From an uncultured SAR86 cluster bacterium (lineage in GTDB: Bacteria; Pseudomonadota; Gammaproteobacteria; Magnimaribacterales; D2472): a DNA stretch of 64,000 bases. The position numbers and the translations under genes were made by a program. Shown here piece after piece: positions 39,690-50,094 of this stretch. Each line of letters begins with the position of its first letter. The first letter of the stretch is position 1. Below the pieces are notes generated by a model, which made no database searches, was not told the origin of the DNA, and saw only the letters and a program-made list of their open reading frames with translations. The DNA is taken from assembly GCA_902579825.1 (NCBI GenBank), contig CACHII010000002.1, positions 15,820-79,819 on the forward strand. Direction: 5' to 3'.

Positions 39690-40899
39690 AAATCATAAGA
39701 CCTCTGTTATATCCGAGAGAGAAAAATTCATTATAAATGAGTCTAATCAAATTATATTAGATAATCATTTAAAAAGAATTTTTAAGAACGATTTTGAATC
39801 TTTTTTTGGCATTTCAACATGCAATAGAACCGAACTTTATTTTGTTGGTAAAAAAGGAATTCTTGATAAAGTTTTTAATGAAGTATTAAAAATCTTAGAC
39901 ATAAATGATATACCGCAGAACTGTTTTTACTTTCTTACTAACCATAATGCCCTTGCTCACATGTGTAAAGTGGCATCTGGTATAGACTCCCAAGTGCTTG
40001 GCGAACAAGAAATATTTGGACAATTTAAAAAAGCTTTTAAAAAATCTTCAGAACAAAAGATGGTTGGAAAAAAACTATTTTATTTGACAAAAAAAGTTAT
40101 TGAAATCGCAAAAATTGCAAGAACAGATACTGAAATAGGACTAAATCCTTTATCTGTTAGTGGTTTAACAATGAAGTTAATTCATAATATTTTTGAAAAG
40201 CCTGAAGAGCAAAATGTTTTAGTGGTTGGGGCAGGGTCTCTTGGTTTAAGTGTTATGGAGAATCTTTATAGAAGCGGAATTAAAAATATTAATTCTATTA
40301 ATAGATCTATTAAAAATATTAAATTAGGAAACCGTTATGAAATAGTTTCATCTTCACTTGATAAATTACATGATCAGCTTCAATTCTGTGATATTGTCAT
40401 TGCATCTGCCACAGCTGAAATACCTCTTATTGGAAAGGGCGCAATTGAAAATGCATTAAGTTTTAGAAAAAATAAACCAATATTAATCATTGACCTCGGA
40501 GTTCCTAGAAATGTTGAGGATGAAATTAAAAATATAGAACAGGCTTACCTTTTTTCAATTGATGATATTGAAAAAATTACTCAAGATAACTTTGGACAGC
40601 GTTCAATTGAAGCAGGAAAAGCAATGAATATCATTGCTGTTGAATCTAAAAAGGCTTTAGAGTCATTTGAATTAAAAACATCAAGGGATAAAGTTAGTGT
40701 TCAGCTGGAAGCTTTTCTTCAAAATTTATCATATGAAGAAGTAAAACAATTTAAAGAATCAAAAGATTATTCTGCATTAATTAAGTCAATTAAAACTTTA
40801 AATATTAATGATTCAAAACTTAATAATTATGAAGATATCAAACAAATTGATGACCATATTATCGAATCAATGATTAAGAGGTTTTTTTCTAATGCATGA
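39667..40899 (+). CDS. hemA: glutamyl-tRNA reductase
   Basis: MEIQLFGINHKT...STCNRTELY contains the catalytic Cys motif. Also has GEQEIFGQ and the NADPH loop VVGAGSLG. Confidence 0.9.
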   Translation: MEIQLFGINHKTSVISEREKFIINESNQIILDNHLKRIFKNDFESFFGISTCNRTELYFVGKKGILDKVFNEVLKILDINDIPQNCFYFLTNHNALAHMCKVASGIDSQVLGEQEIFGQFKKAFKKSSEQKMVGKKLFYLTKKVIEIAKIARTDTEIGLNPLSVSGLTMKLIHNIFEKPEEQNVLVVGAGSLGLSVMENLYRSGIKNINSINRSIKNIKLGNRYEIVSSSLDKLHDQLQFCDIVIASATAEIPLIGKGAIENALSFRKNKPILIIDLGVPRNVEDEIKNIEQAYLFSIDDIEKITQDNFGQRSIEAGKAMNIIAVESKKALESFELKTSRDKVSVQLEAFLQNLSYEEVKQFKESKDYSALIKSIKTLNINDSKLNNYEDIKQIDDHIIESMIKRFFSNA

Positions 40900-41977
40900 T
40901 TCTATGTTTAAAAAACTTGATCAACTTGAAAATCGCATAAATGAAATTCAGGACCTTCTTATTGATTCTGAAACAGTTAAAGACATAGAAAAATATACTT
41001 TGCTCAACAAAGAATTCTCAGATTTAAAACCTATCGTTGATAAATTTAATGAATATAATCAGATTACAAAAAGTATTCAAGATGCTAATGAGATTATTAA
41101 TTCTGGTGATAAAGATCTTAAGATTCTTGCCGAAGAAGAATTAATGGAGTCTATAAATAAGCCTGAAGAATTGGAACAAGAATTAAAATTGATGTTACTC
41201 CCCAAGGACTCTGCTGATGCAGGATCTGCTTTTTTAGAGATAAGATCTGGAGCAGGAGGGGATGAAGCAAGCATTTTTGCTGGCGATTTATTTAGAATGT
41301 ACTCAAGACTTGCTGAAAGAGAGAGTTGGAATTTAGAAGTTATTGATATCAAGCCTTCAGAACAAGGAGGTCTTAAGGAGGTAGTTGCAAAGCTTAACGG
41401 TAAAGGAGTTTTTAAGGTTTTAAAGTTTGAATCAGGTGTGCATAGAGTTCAAAGAGTACCTGAAACTGAATCTCAAGGCAGAGTCCATACATCTACGTGC
41501 ACTGTGGCAGTTCTACCTGAGGTAGAAGAAGTACAAGACATAAACATTGATAAAAATGACTTAAGAGTAGATACCTTTAGAGCTTCTGGAGCAGGAGGTC
41601 AGCATGTTAATAAAACTGATTCAGCTGTCAGGCTTACACATATTCCAACAGGCCTAGTTGTAGAGTGCCAAGATGGGAGATCCCAACATAAAAATAAAGA
41701 AAAAGCATTATCACTTCTTGCTGCAAAGTTGAAACAGCAAGAAATTGATAATCAACAGGAAAGTATTGCAAGCGAAAGGAAAATATTAGTAGGTACTGGT
41801 GATAGAAGTGAAAAAATAAGAACTTATAATTTTCCTCAAGGAAGAATGACAGATCATAGAATAAAGTTAACTCAACATAATCTTGATCAAATTATGGATG
41901 GTGATATTAAAGAAATCTGTGATGCACTTTTGGCTGAAAATCAATTAGCTATGCTTTCACAACTTGAATCAGAATAA
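40892..41977 (+). CDS. prfA: peptide chain release factor 1
   Basis: PET tripeptide motif (RVPETES) and GGQ motif (SGAGGQHVNKTDSAVR). The start may instead be ATG 40904. Confidence 0.95.
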   Translation: MHDSMFKKLDQLENRINEIQDLLIDSETVKDIEKYTLLNKEFSDLKPIVDKFNEYNQITKSIQDANEIINSGDKDLKILAEEELMESINKPEELEQELKLMLLPKDSADAGSAFLEIRSGAGGDEASIFAGDLFRMYSRLAERESWNLEVIDIKPSEQGGLKEVVAKLNGKGVFKVLKFESGVHRVQRVPETESQGRVHTSTCTVAVLPEVEEVQDINIDKNDLRVDTFRASGAGGQHVNKTDSAVRLTHIPTGLVVECQDGRSQHKNKEKALSLLAAKLKQQEIDNQQESIASERKILVGTGDRSEKIRTYNFPQGRMTDHRIKLTQHNLDQIMDGDIKEICDALLAENQLAMLSQLESE

Positions 41978-42790
41978 TTGAAAAAAAAATTAAGTCATTA
42001 CATTAATATGCTTGATAGCGAAGCTATTAAAAAAGATTTTATTTTTTTTCTCAAAGAAAAATTAGGCTTCAATGATAATGAGATTTATATAAATCCAAAC
42101 ATAGTTCTTAAAAAGAAAGTTAAAACTTTAATTGAGAAGTTTCTAAAACAAAAAGAAGAGGGTATTCCCTTAGACTACATCTTAAATTCCTCTAAATTCT
42201 ATGAGTATGAGTTCTTTGTTGATTCAAGGGTTTTAATTCCAAGACCAGAAACAGAAATCATAATCGATTATGTAAATAATCATTTTTTATCTCCTATAAA
42301 TGTTCTAGATGCTGGTACAGGCTCCGGATGTATTGGTATATCAATAGCTCTTCAAAATCCAAGTTTAAAAGTTTATGGCTCAGATTGCTCAGCGGACGCA
42401 TTAGATGTTGCTATGATTAACAAGAATAACCTTAATGTAGATAATTTTTCTCTTGTTCATGCAGATTGGCTCTCATCTTTTAAAAAAGAATATTTTGATT
42501 TAATAGTGTCCAATCCTCCTTACATTGCAGACCAAGATCCTCACTTAGAAAATCTAAAACATGAACCTGCTAAGGCATTAGTAGCAAAAGATAATGGACT
42601 TGGAGATATAAGAATAATTGTTGAACAGTCAACTGAAGTTCTAAAGAGAGGAGGTATGATTATTTTGGAACATGGATATCAGCAACAAGAAGAGGTAGAA
42701 AATATTTTAAAAAAGAACCATTTTGCAGAAATTGCTAATTTAAAAGACTATCAGGACCTTCCTAGAATTACTTTAGGAACTTTAAAATAA
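41978..42790 (+). CDS. prmC: release-factor glutamine N5-methyltransferase PrmC
   Basis: LIPRPETE, the SAM motif LDAGTGSGCIG and the catalytic NPPY. A TTG start directly abuts the prfA stop. Confidence 0.9.
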   Translation: MKKKLSHYINMLDSEAIKKDFIFFLKEKLGFNDNEIYINPNIVLKKKVKTLIEKFLKQKEEGIPLDYILNSSKFYEYEFFVDSRVLIPRPETEIIIDYVNNHFLSPINVLDAGTGSGCIGISIALQNPSLKVYGSDCSADALDVAMINKNNLNVDNFSLVHADWLSSFKKEYFDLIVSNPPYIADQDPHLENLKHEPAKALVAKDNGLGDIRIIVEQSTEVLKRGGMIILEHGYQQQEEVENILKKNHFAEIANLKDYQDLPRITLGTLK

Positions 42791-42837
42791 TTCATTTAAT
42801 TAGTGAACTCATTATTCTATATCAATCTGATTGTGCG

Positions 42838-42963
42838 ATGGCTGAGTATAATTTGGCATATAGACTGGACTGGATCAAAGATCTTCAAGAGTATATTTAT
42901 GAACTTAACAGTCAAAAGAATCTCAGAGAAGAAAAAATATCATCTCTTTCTAAATTACTCTAA
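42838..42963 (+). CDS. unannotated 41-aa ORF (MAEYNLAYRLDWIKDLQEYIYELNSQKNLREEKISSLSKLL), hypothetical
   Basis: ATG-to-TAA ORF filling the otherwise unexplained 169-nt prmC-selO spacer. It is predicted helical and charged, has no clear SD, and is below the ORF-track size cutoff. Confidence 0.3.
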   Translation: MAEYNLAYRLDWIKDLQEYIYELNSQKNLREEKISSLSKLL

Positions 42964-44414
42964 GTGCCACAAAAGGTAATGTAAGGTTCACTTGAGGATG
43001 AGGGCGTTGCATATATCTCATATTCATCTTTTTCTGTAAAAGGATCTTTCAGTAATTCAGCCATCAAATTAATTTCTTTCATGTCGCCACCAATAGCATT
43101 CATAAGTGCATTTTCAACATGATGATTTCTAGGTATGAAGTAAGGATTCTTTAAATTTATTTTCTTAGAAACAGTTTTAATATTTATTTCTTTTATCCAC
43201 GAGTTGTACCATGTTGAAAAATTTTTAGATTTATTAAAAACTGAATTACTTGTAGTAATAGATTTATCAACAATCTTTGCAAGATTTCTAAATGATAAAG
43301 TAAAGTCTATTGATTCAGAATGTAGTATTTTCAAATATTCATCAATTATTTTTGTATTATTATTAATATTTTCAAGTCCTAATTTCTGACCGAGCTCTAT
43401 ATAGAAATATTCTTGATATGACGGCATTACAAGTTGAAGCACTTCTGTGAGTTTTTTAACTGAAATCTCCTCATTTTCATCAACTAATGGAATAAGTGTT
43501 TCAGCAAATTTTGCCAGATTCCAAATTAGTATTGCTGGCTGGTTTTGATAAGAATATCTTCCATTATGATCAATTGAGCTAAATACTGTTTTTGGATCAT
43601 AAGTATCCATGAATGCACAAGGACCATAGTCAATAGTTTCACCAGAAATTGTCATGTTATCTGTATTCATAACTCCATGAACAAAACCAAGACTCATCCA
43701 TTTTGCTACCAGGGAAGCTTGTTTATCACAAACAGCAGCAAAAAAACCTAAATATTTATTATCAGTTTTATTTAATTCTGGATAATGCCTATTGATTGAG
43801 TAATCAGCCAATGTTTTCAGGATTTTATTACTTTGTGTCCTTGCATATTCAAATGTTCCAATTCTTATATGACTTTTAGCGATTCTGGTTAACACTCCAC
43901 CTGGGAGTTCTGTTTCTCTTATTACATTTTCATTTGTTTTAAGTGCAAAAAGAGATCGTGTTGTTGGAATTTTTACTGCATACATGAATTCACTTATTAC
44001 GTATTCTCTTAATACCGGACCTAAAGCCGATTTACCATCTCCTCTTCTTGAATATGGAGTTTGTCCAATGCCTTTCAACTGAATATCTATGTCATTAATT
44101 TCACCTAATAAAATTGCTCTACCATCTCCTAGTTGAGGATTGAAATGACCAAATTGATGACCAGAATATCCTTGAGCTATTGGTCGAGAGTTTTTTAATA
44201 AACTATTGCCTGAGAATATATTTAAACATTCTTTAGAATCTAAGAAATCTTTTTTAAATCCAAGCTTCTCAGCAAGATCATAATTTTTAAGAAGAAATTC
44301 AGCTTTTTTAAAACCAGTTGGGATACATTTTTCTGAAATTTCATGAAGTTCTTTTGCATAAGAATTATTTAAACTAAACGTTTTCTTATCTGACACTATT
44401 AATTTATTCAACAA
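42960..44414 (-). CDS. selO: protein adenylyltransferase SelO (YdiU)
   Basis: 484 aa with YSGHQFG, LGDGRAILLGE and HGVMNTDNMTISGETIDYGPCAFMD SelO signatures. Confidence 0.9.
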   Translation of the reverse strand: MLNKLIVSDKKTFSLNNSYAKELHEISEKCIPTGFKKAEFLLKNYDLAEKLGFKKDFLDSKECLNIFSGNSLLKNSRPIAQGYSGHQFGHFNPQLGDGRAILLGEINDIDIQLKGIGQTPYSRRGDGKSALGPVLREYVISEFMYAVKIPTTRSLFALKTNENVIRETELPGGVLTRIAKSHIRIGTFEYARTQSNKILKTLADYSINRHYPELNKTDNKYLGFFAAVCDKQASLVAKWMSLGFVHGVMNTDNMTISGETIDYGPCAFMDTYDPKTVFSSIDHNGRYSYQNQPAILIWNLAKFAETLIPLVDENEEISVKKLTEVLQLVMPSYQEYFYIELGQKLGLENINNNTKIIDEYLKILHSESIDFTLSFRNLAKIVDKSITTSNSVFNKSKNFSTWYNSWIKEINIKTVSKKINLKNPYFIPRNHHVENALMNAIGGDMKEINLMAELLKDPFTEKDEYEIYATPSSSSEPYITFCGT

Positions 44415-45069
44415 ATTTTACAAATGATTCAAGTTCTTCTCTTCTTGTTCTGTATTGATTTATGGGATGGCTTTTATCTTCATAACCAATAGCTACACCA
44501 CACCAAACTATTTCATTATCAGGATGTTTTATATGATCTTTTACGGTTTTAGGATAAATTGACCACGATTCTTGCAGACAAACGCCAAGACCATAATGAA
44601 TAGCACTCAACCACAAATTTTCTAGGAACATACCTACGTGTCCCCAACCATTATTTCCAAATGATCTATCTATTGTGATAATCATCCCAAGTGGAGCACC
44701 AAAGAAATTATAATTTTCTCTAATCTGTTTAAAACGAGAGTCAAGATCATCTTTCTCAATAGATAAAGCTCCGTACATATCTAGACCACATTCATGTCTT
44801 CTTTTTTTATACTCATCAGCAAGAGGCTTTGGATATATATCGTATTCAATTTCTTCTTGAACACCATTATCAAAATTATATAAAGTTTTTTCTGCAAGAC
44901 GTTTCTTAGCTTCCTCAGATAACACATATACTTTCCAAGGTTGTATATTGCCGCCTGAAGGTGCCGCATTCGCAGTCTTAAGAATTTCTTTAATTGTTTC
45001 CAACTTTGGCACTTCGTCAGTAAATGCTCTTACGGAAAATCTTTTTTCAATACCTTCTTTTATATTCAT
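44404..45069 (-). CDS. nitroreductase-family oxidoreductase
   Basis: RFSVRAFTDE...ANAAPSGGNIQPW is a nitroreductase N-terminal motif. 11-nt overlap with selO implies an operon. Confidence 0.8.
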   Translation of the reverse strand: MNIKEGIEKRFSVRAFTDEVPKLETIKEILKTANAAPSGGNIQPWKVYVLSEEAKKRLAEKTLYNFDNGVQEEIEYDIYPKPLADEYKKRRHECGLDMYGALSIEKDDLDSRFKQIRENYNFFGAPLGMIITIDRSFGNNGWGHVGMFLENLWLSAIHYGLGVCLQESWSIYPKTVKDHIKHPDNEIVWCGVAIGYEDKSHPINQYRTRREELESFVKFVE

Positions 45070-45136
45070 AATTTTGTTATCAAATAATGTTGCTTCTTAT
45101 ATAATTTATAACAAACAAGATAAGGGAGCAATTCAA

Positions 45137-46753
45137 ATGATTGGAGATATGCAAAGTTGGACACCTAATGTTGCTGGAATAATCGAGCACGCTATGAAAG
45201 TTCATCCTAAAACAGAAATTATAAGTAGATTGGTTTCAGGTGAAATTCATAGGTCAAATTATGAAGAAGTATGCATCAGATCTAGAAAGCTGGCATCAGT
45301 TTTAGCTAAAGACGGATATAAAGAGGGGGATGTATTAGCAACATTGGCTTTAAATACATATAGACATTTAGAGATGTATTATGGAATATCTGGAATGGGA
45401 GCTATAACCCACACTCTTAATTTCAGACTTCATCCAGAACAAGCGGTTTATATAATCAATCATGCTGAAGATAAAATAATTTTCGTAGAATCTCCTTTTG
45501 TGCCTATTCTTGAGGCAATACAAGATCAAATACCAACTGTAGAAAAATTTATTGTTTTATGTGAGGAAAATGAATTGCCTGAAACTTCTTTAAAAAATGC
45601 TATTTCATATGAAGAATATATTAAAGGTGGAGATGAAAACTATGTTTGGCCAACTTTAAAAGATGACGCAGCTTGCGGGCTTTGTTATACATCTGGCACA
45701 ACTGGGAATCCAAAGGGAGTTTTATACAGTCATAAATCAAATGTTATTCATGCACAAGCAGCCCTAACCGCAATGACTATAAGTCCTGATGACTCTATTT
45801 TAATGGTAGTTCCTTTGTTCCATGTTTTAGCATGGGGTATTCCTTATTTTGGGCCAATGTTAGGACTAAAATTAGTAATGCCAGGAATGCAAATGGAAGG
45901 AGAGCCTCTTTATGAGCTTATTGAAAAAGAAGATATTACATTAGCGTTCGGGGTTCCAACCATATGGATGGGTCTTTTAGCTTATTGCAGAGAAAATAAT
46001 AAAATTTTAAGTTCAGTAAAAAATACTATTATTGGTGGATCAGCCTTGTCTCTAGCAACACTTCAAGAGTTTGATGAAGTTCATGATGTAAACGTAATAC
46101 ATGCTTGGGGAATGACTGAGATGAGTCCTATGGGAACCACAAATATTCCGACACCTGAAATGGAAAATATGAGTAAAGACGAAAAGTATGCAATCCAACT
46201 TAAACAAGGCAGACCAATATATGGTGTTGAGTTAAAAGTTGTTGATGATGCTGGAAATGACCTACCTCATGATGGTGAATCGCAAGGACATTTATTGGTA
46301 AGAGGTCCTTGGATTCTTCAGAAATATTTTAAAGCCGATAAAGATGCTGTGGACTCAGATGGTTGGTTTGATACTGGAGATATATCTGTTTTAGATGAAG
46401 ATGGATACATGACTATTAAAGATAGAGCTAAGGATGTTATTAAGTCTGGTGGTGAATGGATTAGCTCAATTGACCTTGAGAATGCAGCTTTTGGACATCC
46501 AGACGTTGCAGAAGCTTGTGTTGTTGGAATACCGCATCCCAAATGGGATGAAAGACCCATGTTATTTATCGTAACTAATTCAGGCGAACCTATTGAAAAG
46601 CAAAGTATTATTGATTTTTTAAGCGATAAGGTTGCTAAGTGGTGGTTGCCTGATGAGATTGTCTTCTTAAAAGAACTTCCTCATGGCGCTACAGGAAAAC
46701 TTCAAAAGTTTGAATTAAGAGAGGAATATAATAATCACTATATGGAGAAATAG
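45137..46753 (+). CDS. AMP-dependent acyl-CoA synthetase/ligase (medium/long-chain type)
   Basis: AMP-binding motifs YTSGTTGNPKGV, GWFDTGD and KSGGEWIS. ATG 45137 is preceded by AAGGGAG. The 63-aa upstream extension in the ORF track is antisense to the nitroreductase gene. Confidence 0.85.
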   Translation: MIGDMQSWTPNVAGIIEHAMKVHPKTEIISRLVSGEIHRSNYEEVCIRSRKLASVLAKDGYKEGDVLATLALNTYRHLEMYYGISGMGAITHTLNFRLHPEQAVYIINHAEDKIIFVESPFVPILEAIQDQIPTVEKFIVLCEENELPETSLKNAISYEEYIKGGDENYVWPTLKDDAACGLCYTSGTTGNPKGVLYSHKSNVIHAQAALTAMTISPDDSILMVVPLFHVLAWGIPYFGPMLGLKLVMPGMQMEGEPLYELIEKEDITLAFGVPTIWMGLLAYCRENNKILSSVKNTIIGGSALSLATLQEFDEVHDVNVIHAWGMTEMSPMGTTNIPTPEMENMSKDEKYAIQLKQGRPIYGVELKVVDDAGNDLPHDGESQGHLLVRGPWILQKYFKADKDAVDSDGWFDTGDISVLDEDGYMTIKDRAKDVIKSGGEWISSIDLENAAFGHPDVAEACVVGIPHPKWDERPMLFIVTNSGEPIEKQSIIDFLSDKVAKWWLPDEIVFLKELPHGATGKLQKFELREEYNNHYMEK

Positions 46754-46754
46754 T

Positions 46755-47216
46755 ATGTTAAAAGTTGTAAAAACATCAGAAATTGAATCAGTTATAGGTA
46801 CTGAAGTAGGGGTATCAGATTGGATTGTTATTGATCAAGAAAGGATAGATAAATTTGCTGATGCAACAATGGATCATCAATTTATTCATATTGATCCAGA
46901 GCAAGCAACTCCAGTATTTGGATCAACTATAGCTCATGGATTTCTTTCTTTATCTTTGATTGCCGGCATACCTTTTGAACAAGAAATAGGAATGGTGCTA
47001 GAAGGAACCAAGATGGGATTAAATTATGGATTAGATAAGGTAAGATTTTTAAGTCCAGTTCCTGTAAATTCTGAGGTAAGAATTATAATGAAATGTATGG
47101 ATATTAATGAAAAAAATCCTGGTCAATATCTTGCAAAATTTGAAGTTACTATGGAAATTAAAGGTGTTGAAAAGCCTGCATATGTTGCAGAAGCCCTAAC
47201 TATGTTTATTGTTTGA
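46755..47216 (+). CDS. MaoC-like (R)-specific enoyl-CoA hydratase / hot-dog fold
   Basis: 153 aa with DHQFIHIDPEQA...STIAHGFLSLSL, typical of MaoC dehydratase domains. Likely an operon with the acyl-CoA ligase. Confidence 0.8.
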   Translation: MLKVVKTSEIESVIGTEVGVSDWIVIDQERIDKFADATMDHQFIHIDPEQATPVFGSTIAHGFLSLSLIAGIPFEQEIGMVLEGTKMGLNYGLDKVRFLSPVPVNSEVRIIMKCMDINEKNPGQYLAKFEVTMEIKGVEKPAYVAEALTMFIV

Positions 47217-47218
47217 AA

Positions 47219-48646
47219 TTATTTCAATAATTTTTTAAGTATTTCATTAACGCTTTTTGGATTAGCCTTTCCCTGGGTTTCTTTCATTACTTGTCCAACA
47301 AAAAAACTAAAAAGCTTATCTTTTCCACTCTTATATGCAGTTACTTGATCATCATTAGAGTCAATAACCTTTTTAGCTATATCTTCAAGTAAAGATTCAT
47401 CTTGAATTTGAACAAGGCCTTTTGTTTGAATTATTTCATCAACATCAGAACCATTTTCCCAAACTTCTTCAAGAACTGATTTAGCAATTTTTCCAGAAAT
47501 AGTATTGTCTGAGATTCTTTCAATTAATTTTCCAAAATTTTCTGGTGATAAATTTGATTCGTCAATTTCAATATTATCTTTATTTAAAAGAGCACTAACA
47601 TCACCAACTAGCCATTTAGCTACAAGATTTATGTCATCAGTTCTACTTGAGGCTTCTTCGAACATATTAGCCATTGTTTTAGAAGAAGATATAATTTTTG
47701 CTTCAGATTGTTCAAGTCCAATTTCTGATATATATCTATTTTCTTTTTCTTCTGGAAGTTCTGGCAGATTATCTTTTATTTCTTGTAACTCATTGTCTGA
47801 AATCACTACGGGAAGAAGATCAGGACATGGAAAGTATCTATAGTCATTTGCTTCTTCTTTTGACCTCATTGACCTAGTTTCATTTTTTTCACTATCATAT
47901 AATCTTGTTTCTTGAACAACTGATTCACCATTTTCCATTAATCTAATTTGACGTTCAATTTCATAATTAATAGCTTTTTCTATAAATTTAAAAGAATTTA
48001 TATTTTTGAGTTCAGCCCTTGTTCCTAACTCTTTATCATCAGCTTTTTTAATAGAAACATTTACATCGCATCTCATAGATCCCTGTGCCATATTTCCATC
48101 ACATATGTCTAGAAAAGTTACAAGCTGTCTTATGGCTTTAAAATAGGCAACAGCCTCTTTGGCGTTTGAAATTTCAGGCTCTGAAACAATTTCTAGAAGA
48201 GGTGTGCCAGCCCTATTAAGATCTACGCCTGTTTCTCCTTCAAAAAGGTCATGTATTGATTTGCCAGCATCTTCTTCTAGATGTGCTCTTGTTATGTTTA
48301 TTACTTTTTCACCTTCATCGGTTAATACTTTTATAGAACCTTTCTCTACAATAGGTTTGGTCATCTGAGTAATTTGATAACCTTTTGGAAGATCTGGATA
48401 GAAGTAGTTCTTTCTATCAAAAGATGAAACTTGGTTTATCTCTGCACCAGTTGCAAGACCAAATCTAATAGCTTTATAAAAAGCTTCTTTATTTGCAACA
48501 GGAAGAACTCCAGGTAATCCCATATCGACAAGATCAACATGTGTATTAGACTCTGCTCCAAATTCTGTAGAACTACCTGAAAACAATTTAGACTTAGTTG
48601 AAAGTTGGGCATGTATCTCTAAACCAATTACCGTTTCCCAACTCAT
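47219..48646 (-). CDS. gatB: Asp/Glu-tRNA amidotransferase subunit B
   Basis: WETVIGLEIHAQL, RCDVNVS, and a C-terminal YqeY-like domain ending GKANPKSVNEILKKLL. Confidence 0.95.
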   Translation of the reverse strand: MSWETVIGLEIHAQLSTKSKLFSGSSTEFGAESNTHVDLVDMGLPGVLPVANKEAFYKAIRFGLATGAEINQVSSFDRKNYFYPDLPKGYQITQMTKPIVEKGSIKVLTDEGEKVINITRAHLEEDAGKSIHDLFEGETGVDLNRAGTPLLEIVSEPEISNAKEAVAYFKAIRQLVTFLDICDGNMAQGSMRCDVNVSIKKADDKELGTRAELKNINSFKFIEKAINYEIERQIRLMENGESVVQETRLYDSEKNETRSMRSKEEANDYRYFPCPDLLPVVISDNELQEIKDNLPELPEEKENRYISEIGLEQSEAKIISSSKTMANMFEEASSRTDDINLVAKWLVGDVSALLNKDNIEIDESNLSPENFGKLIERISDNTISGKIAKSVLEEVWENGSDVDEIIQTKGLVQIQDESLLEDIAKKVIDSNDDQVTAYKSGKDKLFSFFVGQVMKETQGKANPKSVNEILKKLLK

Positions 48647-50094
48647 TTCTTTACTCCTTCAGGTGTGTACATATGCCAATTTGTTTTGGTTTGATACATA
48701 TGACCAAAATTTAAAATTGTGCTTTCATTAAGAAAATTCCCAATTATTTGCAACCCTATTGGCTTGTTGTCAATATTTCCATTTGGTAATGACATTGCTG
48801 GCAATCCTGCAAGATTTGCAGAAATAGTAAATAAATCTTCAAGATACATTTGAATTGGATCATCCCCTTTTGAACCCATCTCAAATGCAGGACCTCTTGT
48901 TGTAGGTGTCATAATTACATCAACATTAGAGAATGCTTCATCAAAGTCTTTTTTTATAAGTCTTCTGACTTGTTGAGCTTTTTTATAATAAGCATCGTAA
49001 TATCCTGCAGAGAGAACATATGATCCTATTAGAATTCTTCTTTTAACCTCATCACCAAAACCTTCTGATCTAGTTTGAACATAAAGCTCTTCTAAATCTT
49101 TTGGATCCTCAGATCTTCTTCCAAATTTTACTCCATCGAATCTTGATAAGTTTGATGAACATTCAGCAGGCGCGACAACATAATAAGTTGGCACCGATAA
49201 TGAAAGGTTTGGTAAAGATATATCAACCAATTTAGCTCCAAGAGAAACAAATTCTTCTAAAGAGTCTTCATATATTGCAACGACGTCATTATTTAAGGTT
49301 GATAAATCAAGATCTTTTATAATCCCAATCTTTTTATCTTTCAAAGACTGATTTAAATCATCTTCAAAATTAGGTATATCTTCATCCAATGAGGTAGTAT
49401 CTTTTATATCATGAGAACACATCTCATTTAAAAGCAACGCACAATCCTCTACTGTTCTAGCCATTGGGCCTGCTTGGTCAAGGCTAGATGCAAAAGCAAT
49501 CATTCCCCATCTTGAGACTCTTCCATAAGTTGGTTTAATACCTGTTATTCCACATAGTGAAGCAGGCTGTCTTATAGAGCCTCCTGTATCTGTTCCAGAT
49601 GCTGCTGGGACAATTCCTGATGCAATTGCAGAAGCAGAACCGCCAGAACTTCCTCCAGGAACTAATTTTTCGCCCCACGGGTTGTGAACATTCCCAAAAT
49701 AACTAGTTTCATTTGATGAACCCATTGCGAATTCGTCCATATTTGTCTTGCCAACTGAAATACAACCGGCATTTTCAAGATTTTCAATCACAGTTGCTGT
49801 ATACGGAGGAATAAAATTATTAAGAATCTTTGAACCACAGGTAGTTCTCAATCCTTTTGTGCAAAAGAGATCTTTCTGGGCAATTGGTATTCCTGCTAAA
49901 GAGGAACCAGATGGGTTATTATCTAAATCTTCAGCTTTTTTAAAAGAATTATCTTCGTTAAGTGTTACGAATGCATTTAAATGTGAATTTTCTTTAGCTA
50001 GTTTATAAACTTCTTGAACAATCTCTTTATTTGAAATCTCTTTTTGAGAAATCATTTTTTTAATTTCTTTTATTGTTTTGTATTTAATAGTCAC
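48643..50094 (-). CDS. gatA: Asp/Glu-tRNA amidotransferase subunit A
   Basis: Amidase signature GGSSGGSASAIASG...GTDTGGSIRQPAS. Confidence 0.95.
   Translation of the reverse strand: MTIKYKTIKEIKKMISQKEISNKEIVQEVYKLAKENSHLNAFVTLNEDNSFKKAEDLDNNPSGSSLAGIPIAQKDLFCTKGLRTTCGSKILNNFIPPYTATVIENLENAGCISVGKTNMDEFAMGSSNETSYFGNVHNPWGEKLVPGGSSGGSASAIASGIVPAASGTDTGGSIRQPASLCGITGIKPTYGRVSRWGMIAFASSLDQAGPMARTVEDCALLLNEMCSHDIKDTTSLDEDIPNFEDDLNQSLKDKKIGIIKDLDLSTLNNDVVAIYEDSLEEFVSLGAKLVDISLPNLSLSVPTYYVVAPAECSSNLSRFDGVKFGRRSEDPKDLEELYVQTRSEGFGDEVKRRILIGSYVLSAGYYDAYYKKAQQVRRLIKKDFDEAFSNVDVIMTPTTRGPAFEMGSKGDDPIQMYLEDLFTISANLAGLPAMSLPNGNIDNKPIGLQIIGNFLNESTILNFGHMYQTKTNWHMYTPEGVKK

Noticed and set aside
45073-45115. 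An inverted repeat, TTTGTTAT-N27-ATAACAAA, flanking a TATAAT box in the nitroreductase/acyl-CoA-ligase divergent spacer. It could be a TetR/FadR-type operator.
   Set aside because: An 8-nt AT-rich inverted repeat at this spacing is expected by chance in such AT-rich DNA. There is no adjacent regulator gene, so it cannot be supported without comparative data.
44948-45136. A 63-aa upstream extension of the acyl-CoA synthetase ORF, giving 601 aa in the ORF track.
   Set aside because: The extension is antisense to the 5' part of the nitroreductase gene and crosses the divergent spacer. ATG 45137 has a good SD (AAGGGAG) and yields a normal-length enzyme.
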